From Candidatus Omnitrophota bacterium (GTDB lineage Bacteria; Omnitrophota; Gorgyraeia; Duberdicusellales; Duberdicusellaceae): DNA of 64,000 nt. The position numbers and the translations under genes are program-made. The first letter of the stretch is position 1; every line of letters starts with the position of its first letter. The DNA lies in the NCBI GenBank assembly GCA_016932855.1, contig JAFGCB010000014.1, forward strand, positions 6,496 to 70,495. Direction: 5' to 3'. Shown here piece by piece: positions 20,489-27,991 of this stretch. The notes beneath the pieces were generated by a model that did not search any database, was not told the origin of the DNA, and saw only the letters and a program-made list of their open reading frames with translations.

Positions 20489-20653
20489 TTAACTTCCGCT
20501 GTCCTTAGAGCACTTACCAGGATTAACAGGCGGACAAGACTCGCTTTTTCCGTTTGAGCCGTCGCTTCTTTTGCATCCTGTAAGCAAGGCTTCCTGGGGA
20601 ACTAAGTCAACTTGGCTTAGTGCCGGTTTTTGATAGGTTTTTTTTGTCATCAT
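20489..20653 (-). CDS. Unannotated 54-aa peptide; candidate RiPP precursor: MMTKKTYQKPALSQVDLVPQEALLTGCKRSDGSNGKSESCPPVNPGKCSKDSGS
   Basis: Hand-translated. Start ATGATG preceded by AAGGAGG 10 nt upstream. Lies between the rSAM/SPASM and kinase genes on the same strand. Core rich in Cys/Ser/Gly/Pro. Missing from the ORF track because it is under 60 aa. Confidence 0.5.
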   Translation of the reverse strand: MMTKKTYQKPALSQVDLVPQEALLTGCKRSDGSNGKSESCPPVNPGKCSKDSGS

Positions 20654-20697
20654 ACTCTGTATACCTCCTTAAAAATAATCCGCTTTTAAGCGTTCTT

Positions 20698-21777
20698 TTA
20701 ATAAACTGCCGGCTTAATCAAGCCTAAAGCCTCAGCCCTTAGATGAGCGACCTTGCAAAGATACTCGACCGGCTTTTGGGGATCGGAATTTTCAAGCTGG
20801 CCCCAGCCCGGACACTGTCCGCAAAGAGAGATTAGTTCACAGCTGTTACATCTGTAATCACTGCTGCACTTCCGGGATAAGACTTCAGGGACTCTATCAT
20901 ACCAGACTTCCTTAAAGCTGTTTTTTAGAAGACTAAAACTCTGGGCCCGGGACATCTCGCAGACAGTCAAATACCCGTAAGGGTCGATATTAAAGGAATT
21001 TACTCCCGCTCCGCAGATATAGAGATTATCCGAGCCTGTGCCACCCCAGAACTGCTCACAGAACTGTCTTAACTCCTGGGCCCTCTTGTAAGAAGCAAAA
21101 TCAAGCTCAACTACCTGACTGGGCAGAACTCTAAACTTACAGGGCTCTTTACAGCCGTCAAGTCTGGGGTTAATTCCTGTATCTAATCTAAAACTTAAGC
21201 CTAAATCTTGAGCAAACTTCTCCATGCTCCGGACTTCATCAAAGTTTAAATTCATAACCATAGTCTTTAAGCTAAGGGGTAATTTACGCTCTCTTAAAAT
21301 ATCAATTCCTTTAAGGCACTCTTTGAAAGAGCCGGGCACTCCGGTAATCTTCTCGTGGGTTTCCTTAGATGCACCGTAGATACTTACTTCTATGCGGAAA
21401 GGCGGATACTCTCTTAAATAATCGGCGATATAATCGGTAACCAGCGTAGCGTTAGTAAACAAAGTAATAATCATGCCTTTATTTTTTGCATAGCCATAGA
21501 TATCCAAAAAGTCTTTCCTTAAAAGCGGCTCTCCGCCGGTTATAAGAAGCCAAAGACAGCCGGAAGCGGCAATCTCGTCCAGAAGACGGCTAATCTCCTT
21601 AAAGCTTAGCTCCTTTTCTTTAATATCATGAAGGCAGTAGCAATGCACACAACCCATGTTGCAGCGGAAAGTAAGCTCTATGGTCCCGCAAATAGGAGTA
21701 CGGTCCTTCTTTACTTTGGAATGAATCTTTTGGCTAAACTTACTGTAAGGTATTTTTACCAGGGGACGGCAATCCAT
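20698..21777 (-). CDS. Radical SAM / SPASM-domain peptide-modifying enzyme
   Basis: CNMGCVHC (Cx3Cx2C). Cys-rich C-terminus CGAGVNS...CNSCELISLCGQCPGW is typical of SPASM auxiliary clusters. Confidence 0.8.
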   Translation of the reverse strand: MDCRPLVKIPYSKFSQKIHSKVKKDRTPICGTIELTFRCNMGCVHCYCLHDIKEKELSFKEISRLLDEIAASGCLWLLITGGEPLLRKDFLDIYGYAKNKGMIITLFTNATLVTDYIADYLREYPPFRIEVSIYGASKETHEKITGVPGSFKECLKGIDILRERKLPLSLKTMVMNLNFDEVRSMEKFAQDLGLSFRLDTGINPRLDGCKEPCKFRVLPSQVVELDFASYKRAQELRQFCEQFWGGTGSDNLYICGAGVNSFNIDPYGYLTVCEMSRAQSFSLLKNSFKEVWYDRVPEVLSRKCSSDYRCNSCELISLCGQCPGWGQLENSDPQKPVEYLCKVAHLRAEALGLIKPAVY

Positions 21778-21779
21778 CT

Positions 21780-22073
21780 TTAAACTTCCTCTATCCCTTT
21801 TATCCGTAATAAATTATCTAAGAATTCCTTAAGGTCCTGCTCTGCTTCTTTAACAGATACGTCAAATTCCTCAGCAAGCTTGTCCCTGATGCGGGTTAAG
21901 CTTATTTCCGGGTCAATTAATTCCCAAATCCTGGAAGCGACTTCATTTAAGGTATAAATACTCTGCAGATCACCTACGTTATTACTAATAGGCACCAAGA
22001 TAGACTCCTCAGCGATTTTTCTAAAGACAATATCGGGATTTTTCTTATAGCGTTTATCCAAGACTTGCATATT
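21780..22073 (-). CDS. PqqD-family peptide chaperone (RiPP recognition element)
   Basis: IYTLNEVASRIWELIDPEISLTRIRDKLAEEFDVSVKEAEQDLKEFLDNLL matches the PqqD fold consensus. The ORF-track start at 22124 overlaps the upstream gene; the internal Met at 22073 is more likely. Confidence 0.7.
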   Translation of the reverse strand, partial: NMQVLDKRYKKNPDIVFRKIAEESILVPISNNVGDLQSIYTLNEVASRIWELIDPEISLTRIRDKLAEEFDVSVKEAEQDLKEFLDNLLRIKGIEEV

Positions 22074-22077
22074 TTTA

Positions 22078-22950
22078 TTACCAGACTTTAGCCCCGCGGG
22101 AAAAGCCTTGGGCTTTGGTAGCATTATCTAAGATAGGTCCGAATAAGGTGCTTAGAAAATAATTTACATCAGCGATAAACTTCTTAGGGACAAATACAAT
22201 ATTTCCGGATGCCAAAGTAATGTTCTGCTGACTTGAAGGCTTATGGATAGCTTTATTTAAATCAAACCTTTCGGCCTTGGGATTATCAAAGCCGTCTTTT
22301 ACCACGATAACGCTTGAAGCAACCGAATGACTGGTAAAGCCTCCGGCTAAAGCTATAACTTCCAAAAGATTAGTTGCCCCGGAAATAGAATATACACCGG
22401 GATAAACCACTTCACCCAAGACGATTACTTTACCTAAGCCTATCTTGCGCAAAGAGATAGAAACATCAGGAAAACGAATGTATTCCTTTAACTTTGCGGT
22501 TATCTTTTCATCAAGCTGACCCACGCTAAGACCTGAAGCCTGGACTTCGTCTACTAAGGGTAAGGAAATCTTTCCGTCAGGCCTTACAATTGTCTCCTGA
22601 TCAAGGTCAGGGTTCTCCCAAACCGATATAAAAAGGGTATCTCCCTGACCGATAATATAGGCTCCGGATTGAGCATCGGCAGCAGTAACTGGCTGAGCTT
22701 CCTCTAATCCTAAAGGCTCTTCAACCCTGGCGACACGGGAAAGCCTTTCTTTATCTTTAAGAAATTGAAGGGATCTTTTGAACTCTCTTTCCGCTTCCTT
22801 ATAAAGACCGTGCTCGTAATAAATCGTCCCCACCCGGTAATGCTGGCGGGCCTTCTGCTCAAGGTCCTGGGAATAAAGAAGGCTACCGGCTGCTAAAAAT
22901 AAAATAAAACTTACGCTTAAAAAAGATAATCTCATGCCATTTGCAGACAT
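22078..22950 (-). CDS. wza: Polysaccharide export protein, Wza/OPX family (Poly_export + SLBB)
   Basis: Signal peptide. YIIGQGDTLFISVWENPDL..VRPDGKISLPLVDEVQASGLSVGQLDEKI is the Poly_export signature. SLBB-like C-terminus. Confidence 0.7.
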   Translation of the reverse strand: MSANGMRLSFLSVSFILFLAAGSLLYSQDLEQKARQHYRVGTIYYEHGLYKEAEREFKRSLQFLKDKERLSRVARVEEPLGLEEAQPVTAADAQSGAYIIGQGDTLFISVWENPDLDQETIVRPDGKISLPLVDEVQASGLSVGQLDEKITAKLKEYIRFPDVSISLRKIGLGKVIVLGEVVYPGVYSISGATNLLEVIALAGGFTSHSVASSVIVVKDGFDNPKAERFDLNKAIHKPSSQQNITLASGNIVFVPKKFIADVNYFLSTLFGPILDNATKAQGFSRGAKVW

Positions 22951-22991
22951 AGCGGATAAAAACCTTTTTCTTTTTAATCCTGCTTTACCGC

Positions 22992-24410
22992 CTATTCAAG
23001 TTCCTGCCCGGAAGCCTGGCCGCTCTCGATAGACTGAAGAATCACCTCGACTTTGCTGCGCAGCTCATCAGCGTCCTCTTCCTTAGATAAGTCATCCTGC
23101 AGGCTTCCTCCCAAATCCATCTGACCTATCTTTTCTTTGGTAAGCGGCTCTGCCTCTAAAGTTACGTCTTCGCCCAAAAGATTGGATACCTCCCGCAGGC
23201 GTTCCTGAAGGGCGGTATTCAAACTCGTAGTTTGAGAAAGTCTTTCCAATATCTTTCTCTGATTCTCTTCGCTGCTTTTAAAAGCCTCTTCTAATTTTTC
23301 GGATTTCTCCTTTAGATAAGAAATCTGGTCTTTAATTCCGGTGATCTGCTTCTCCTTTTCGTCCAGCTCCAAGTCTTTTCGATAAAGGACATCGGAAAGC
23401 TCTTTAAGCTGGTCCCGTAATCTGTTATAAAGAGAAGTTACTGTTCTTAATCTTTCGTTCTGCAGCCTTACTTTCTCCTGCAATGCTATGGATTCGGTGC
23501 TACCGGCTATCTGGTATTCTTTCAGTTTTTCCTCAAGATCATAGACGGCTTTGCTCTTTTGGTCTAAATCAGAGTTTAGCTTAACTATCTGGTCCTGAAA
23601 ACTTTTATTGCGAAACTGAAGTTCCTCTATATCCCTTTTATATCCTTCGATCTCTACTATCAAATCGTCTTTGTTTTTATTATACGACGAGAGCTTGTCC
23701 TCAAAAGCAAGCTTCTCTTTGTCCTTTTCCTCCAATTGCCTGGTAAGCTCTTCTATGCGTCTCTGCAAAAATTGAGAGGGCTTTTCGCCGGCCAACTCCT
23801 TCTGGTATCTTTCTATGTTTTTCTTAAGAAAGTCTCTTTCTTTTATGCTTTGGGCATACCTATCTTTAAGCTCTCCCAACTCCCTGATAAGACTCTGGGT
23901 CTGTCTGTCTTTTTCTTTTATCTGCATCTTTAAACGGTTAAACTGTTCTTGCTCAAAAGCGATGTCCTGTCTGCTTTCTAAATTTAATATTTTTACCTTA
24001 GCCTCCTGCAACTGGCTTGAAAAAGTATCCAATTCTTTGATATTGGCCTGCATTTGGTTTTTCAAGGCAAAATTTTCACCTCGCAAGACATCGGATTGAG
24101 CCTTAATACTGGTCAACTCAGAGTTTAAGCTGTTAATCATATCCTGAGCGGCTGAAAGCGCCCTTTTTAAACGCTGGGGATAACTCAATTCATCTACCTT
24201 ATCGCCTAAATCATCAAGTTCGGCTTGTTTGTCTACTAAAGAAGCTGTAAGCTGCTCAATCTTTTCCTCATAAGAGCTAACTTTCTCAAGAAGTGCGGCT
24301 TTTTCTCTTTGAAGAGAGCCTAAACTAAATCCGGAAAAAATAATAAAATAACCTGCTAACAAGGCTATGCTTGCGGCTAAAACCAAAAGGATAATATTTT
24401 TTTTAAACAT
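22992..24410 (-). CDS. Membrane-anchored coiled-coil protein (possible PCP/chain-length or scaffold protein)
   Basis: N-terminal TM helix followed by about 440 aa of heptad-rich coiled coil. Confidence 0.4.
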   Translation of the reverse strand: MFKKNIILLVLAASIALLAGYFIIFSGFSLGSLQREKAALLEKVSSYEEKIEQLTASLVDKQAELDDLGDKVDELSYPQRLKRALSAAQDMINSLNSELTSIKAQSDVLRGENFALKNQMQANIKELDTFSSQLQEAKVKILNLESRQDIAFEQEQFNRLKMQIKEKDRQTQSLIRELGELKDRYAQSIKERDFLKKNIERYQKELAGEKPSQFLQRRIEELTRQLEEKDKEKLAFEDKLSSYNKNKDDLIVEIEGYKRDIEELQFRNKSFQDQIVKLNSDLDQKSKAVYDLEEKLKEYQIAGSTESIALQEKVRLQNERLRTVTSLYNRLRDQLKELSDVLYRKDLELDEKEKQITGIKDQISYLKEKSEKLEEAFKSSEENQRKILERLSQTTSLNTALQERLREVSNLLGEDVTLEAEPLTKEKIGQMDLGGSLQDDLSKEEDADELRSKVEVILQSIESGQASGQELE

Positions 24411-24420
24411 ATTCTTAAGC

Positions 24421-25476
24421 TTATGCGATATAAAACCCCGGGCTTCTGCTTAAATCTATTTCTTTGGGTTTTTCCAGGCGTCTTCCCTGAGAATCAATCA
24501 GAACTTTGACTAAAGGCGAGGTCGGCAAAGCGGGATTACGCCTTACGACAAAAGCTAACTCCTGGGTGTTTAAGGTAACCGGGGTTCCTCTGGGATAGAG
24601 GCCGACCTTCTCCAACAAAGCCTTTATAACTTTTTTACTGAAACTTTCTTTATTATTCAGAATTATTTTTATACACTCTTTGGCTGTATGTGCCGGCCGA
24701 TAAGGCCGTTTATGAGTAAGAGCCTCGTATACGTCAGCTAAGCCGACGATTCTGGCAAAATCATTTATCTGCTCGGCCTTAAGGCCACGGGGGTAACCTA
24801 GGCCGTTAAAACGTTCATGCTCCTGCTCCAGGGCAGCCAGTATAGAAACATCAATATCGAGCCTTATCTTTTTCAAGGCTTCCGAACCCTGTAGAGGGTG
24901 ATCTTTTATCTTTCGAAAATCAGATATGCTTAAACGCTGAGGCAGGCTGGCAATAGGTAAATAACGGCGCATACCTATGTCGTGAAGAAAGCCCGCCGCA
25001 CCAAGCTTTATTAGATCATCCTTTGATAAACTAAACCAATGTCCGATTTCTAAAGAAAGAATACAGACATTTACCAAATTCAGAGAAAGATAGTGCCCTG
25101 AAAAAGAATCATCGGAGAATATAAAATCAAAAAGCTCCTGGGTATCCTTTTCGATAAAATCCGAAAGCTCCCGTACGCAAGAAAAAATGTCACTGATGTT
25201 TATCTTCGGTGCCTCGCCTTTAAATACCTCCTCGGCTAGATTTAAAGCCCGGGAATATAAACTCTTAGCCTTGACGGAGCCTTTTTCATCAGAAAGGCTC
25301 TTTGGAATATTTAAATCTTTTTTAATCTTTGAAGAATCTAAGCTTTTTGCGCTCGATGTATCGCTCTGCCGGAAAGAAGGGAAATTAAGTTTATGAAGAG
25401 AAATTCTATCATCAACAGGTTCTTTGGAAGATTTTCTTTCATCTTCTCCTTTAGGAATCTTAGAAAAATCAACCAT
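24421..25476 (-). CDS. HD-GYP domain protein (c-di-GMP phosphodiesterase family; possibly a degenerate metal site)
   Basis: FLHDIGM ... EQEHERFNGLGYPRGLKAEQINDFARIVGLADVYEALTHKRPYR. The HHExxDGxGYP consensus is present with one His replaced. Confidence 0.6.
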   Translation of the reverse strand: MVDFSKIPKGEDERKSSKEPVDDRISLHKLNFPSFRQSDTSSAKSLDSSKIKKDLNIPKSLSDEKGSVKAKSLYSRALNLAEEVFKGEAPKINISDIFSCVRELSDFIEKDTQELFDFIFSDDSFSGHYLSLNLVNVCILSLEIGHWFSLSKDDLIKLGAAGFLHDIGMRRYLPIASLPQRLSISDFRKIKDHPLQGSEALKKIRLDIDVSILAALEQEHERFNGLGYPRGLKAEQINDFARIVGLADVYEALTHKRPYRPAHTAKECIKIILNNKESFSKKVIKALLEKVGLYPRGTPVTLNTQELAFVVRRNPALPTSPLVKVLIDSQGRRLEKPKEIDLSRSPGFYIA

Positions 25477-26209
25477 CTCCTTTTTCGCCTACTTGCTTGC
25501 AAAAACACTCCTCTAAATCTTTTTCAGCTTGAATTATTATTTCCTTATCGATTATGTCCAAATGCTTAATAAAACCGGTAAGAAGCGCCAGGTCGCAAAT
25601 ATTATTGATTATCCGGGGTATGCCGCCGGATAGCTCGTAAATCTGGCTATAGGCAGGCTCGGTAAATATGGCCCGATCAAGACCTGCGACATTCAAACGA
25701 TGAGCGATATATCTGGCTGTCTGTATGCTGTCAAAGGGATGAAGGTAATAACGGATAGAAAACCTCTGCTTAAGCTGAGGCGAACGGGATATATTCTCCA
25801 AAATAGAAGATTGACCCAAAAGAAGCAAGGTAAACAAGAAAGAATCATCGCGCTGAATATTCAAAAGAAGTCTTAATTCCTCGAGAAAATCCTCTTGGGC
25901 TATGCTCTGGGCTTCATCAACAACAAGCGCAGTATAAAAACCGCTGTCAAAATTATCTTGAAGACTCCTACTTATGGCGTGAAGTAAATCTACTTTATCC
26001 ATGGATGAGAATCCATCAGAGCCGGACAACTGATATTGTATCTCTTTTAATAAATCAACCGGGCTTAAGCGGGGATTGGATATGACCACGAATCTGAACT
26101 GATTCTGGCCGCACTCCCTTATAAGAGCTTTGCTTAAAAGGGTCTTTCCCATGCCGTATTCTCCGGTCAAGAAAAAAGCGGGCTTATGCTCCCAAACCGC
26201 ATAACTCAT
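25469..26209 (-). CDS. ExeA/GspA/MshM-like AAA ATPase
   Basis: P-loop GEYGMGKT, VVDEAQ box, C-terminal GGIPRIINNICDLAL. Resembles the secretin-associated ATPases of T2SS/MSHA and PEP-CTERM loci. Confidence 0.6.
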   Translation of the reverse strand: MSYAVWEHKPAFFLTGEYGMGKTLLSKALIRECGQNQFRFVVISNPRLSPVDLLKEIQYQLSGSDGFSSMDKVDLLHAISRSLQDNFDSGFYTALVVDEAQSIAQEDFLEELRLLLNIQRDDSFLFTLLLLGQSSILENISRSPQLKQRFSIRYYLHPFDSIQTARYIAHRLNVAGLDRAIFTEPAYSQIYELSGGIPRIINNICDLALLTGFIKHLDIIDKEIIIQAEKDLEECFCKQVGEKGDG

Positions 26210-26325
26210 ACGCGATAAAGCTTCCCTGTGCTCGGGAGAATAATAAAAAAAAGTAGGATCAACCGTATTTTCGAAAGGCTTTTTTATAAGCTTCCAATAC
26301 TCGTTATATATAGTTACCTCCTGTT

Positions 26326-26856
26326 TTATTGTTGCGGCTCTTGGGCCAAGATCTTCCTCTTGGAAAGACTCTTAAAAGAATAATCTTCGGAACCCTCGGG
26401 CTTGGGAAAGCTTATTACGCCGCCCATGCTACTTAAATCCGGGGATATTTCGCCTCGAAAGAAGGTAACCTGGTTTTCGCTTGACTGCATAGTCTCCCAA
26501 ACCACTTGTCCGTCATCCTTAAGAGATAAGGTGTAATTGGAAGGGCTAAACCCCTCTGCGACAAGCTTCTTTGAAGAAACCTGATAACCGCTAAAGACAA
26601 GGACATCTTTACTGGTATTTCCTTTCTGGGGACCGGAAGAAACCCTCATTTCAACATCCCACTCGGTATCGTTTAAAGCTTCCTGCTTCTGAGAAATCAC
26701 TTCTCTTTTTCTCTGCATCTCCAATTCCGCCTGAGATAAAGCTTTTTCTTTCCCGGCATCTTTGGCCTTGGAAGGGACTCTTCCGGAAGAGCCGTTACAG
26801 CCATATCCTACAAATACACAGATAACAAACACCGCGATAGAAATAAACCGCGTCAT
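26326..26856 (-). CDS. Putative lipoprotein, unknown function
   Basis: Signal peptide MTRFISIAVFVICVFVGYGC. The ORF-track TTG start at 26871 is less likely than the ATG at 26856 with GGGGGAAGG upstream. Confidence 0.4.
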   Translation of the reverse strand: MTRFISIAVFVICVFVGYGCNGSSGRVPSKAKDAGKEKALSQAELEMQRKREVISQKQEALNDTEWDVEMRVSSGPQKGNTSKDVLVFSGYQVSSKKLVAEGFSPSNYTLSLKDDGQVVWETMQSSENQVTFFRGEISPDLSSMGGVISFPKPEGSEDYSFKSLSKRKILAQEPQQ

Positions 26857-27040
26857 CCTTCCCCCTTTCAATGACCCCGCGCCTTTGTTTTATCCACGAT
26901 GAATGGCTCAAAGGTGCGGGGGGAATTGACCTCGAACCCCGGCTTCGCCGGGATAAGAGATCTTATTTAGATTGATCCGTTTTCAACAAGTCCTGCTTCC
27001 AGCGGGACGAAATATCTTATCTAGATTAATCAACCGCAGT

Positions 27041-27985
27041 TCACTTAATCGGTGTTTCAGCTTCCCAGGCCTGCCAAGTAAGAATGTATTTTTTTACCCA
27101 ATCCACATCCTTATCCTCTTTGCTGGCAAGCCTTAAATATTTACGGAAATAATCAATCGCCTTATTTCTATCTACCAGATATTCAGCGTAAATATAGCCT
27201 AAATTAAAATAGGCGTAGACATCTTCGGGATTAAGCCTAAGAGCCTTTTCAAACTCGGCAATCGCTCGTTTATATTGACCCTCACCGGTGTAAAAAACGC
27301 CCAGATTATAATGCATAAGGGCTGTCTCTTTGATGAGGACTTTGTTTTCCCGGGCGATCTCGGCAAATTCCTTAGGAAGCTTGCTCAACTTCTTCTCTAA
27401 TTCTTTATTAGCGCTAAGGGCTTGGTTATACTTTTTCTTAAGCTCTGAATGCTGCCTTCGGTAAAGCTTGCTCTCGGCTTTTACCGATATCTTATCGCCC
27501 TCTAACTTTTCAATTTCTTTCTCCAGACCGCTGATTTTGCGCTCCAGAAGCAGGTTATCCTTTTTAGCCTGGTCAAGCTCCCTCTTGATATCATCTACTA
27601 TTTTATATTCAACTTCCATTTTTTCAATATAATTCTTAAGTACCTCCATCTGGCTTTTAAGCTCTGAATTTTGGGCCGCAAGTTCGTCTATATACTCCTT
27701 TAAATCGGTTATTTCGGCATTCAGAGCAATCTTGTCTTGCTCAAGCTGATTATTCTTGCCCTGGACAATCCTGGCTTCATCCTGCATTTGGCGTATCTCA
27801 GTTTTATATTGAAGAAGGTTTTTGCTCTGGGCTAAAATATTGTCCCGGTCTTTAAGAAGACGCTCGTACTCCTTCTTTAACTTCTCCAGCTCAACTCTTA
27901 AGGTTGCTGCGTCTTGAGCATAGACAAGGCTAGACCCCAAAATACAGGCCACTATGAAAACTGATAAATATATGCTGTTTCTCAT
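27041..27985 (-). CDS. Signal/TM + coiled-coil + C-terminal TPR protein (secretin partner; MshN-like?)
   Basis: N-terminal hydrophobic segment, about 180 aa coiled coil, TPR repeats LGVFYTGEGQYKRAIAEFEKALRLNPEDVYAYFNLGYIY. Paralog of 29889-31019. Confidence 0.55.
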   Translation of the reverse strand: MRNSIYLSVFIVACILGSSLVYAQDAATLRVELEKLKKEYERLLKDRDNILAQSKNLLQYKTEIRQMQDEARIVQGKNNQLEQDKIALNAEITDLKEYIDELAAQNSELKSQMEVLKNYIEKMEVEYKIVDDIKRELDQAKKDNLLLERKISGLEKEIEKLEGDKISVKAESKLYRRQHSELKKKYNQALSANKELEKKLSKLPKEFAEIARENKVLIKETALMHYNLGVFYTGEGQYKRAIAEFEKALRLNPEDVYAYFNLGYIYAEYLVDRNKAIDYFRKYLRLASKEDKDVDWVKKYILTWQAWEAETPIK

Positions 27986-27991
27986 AAGTAA

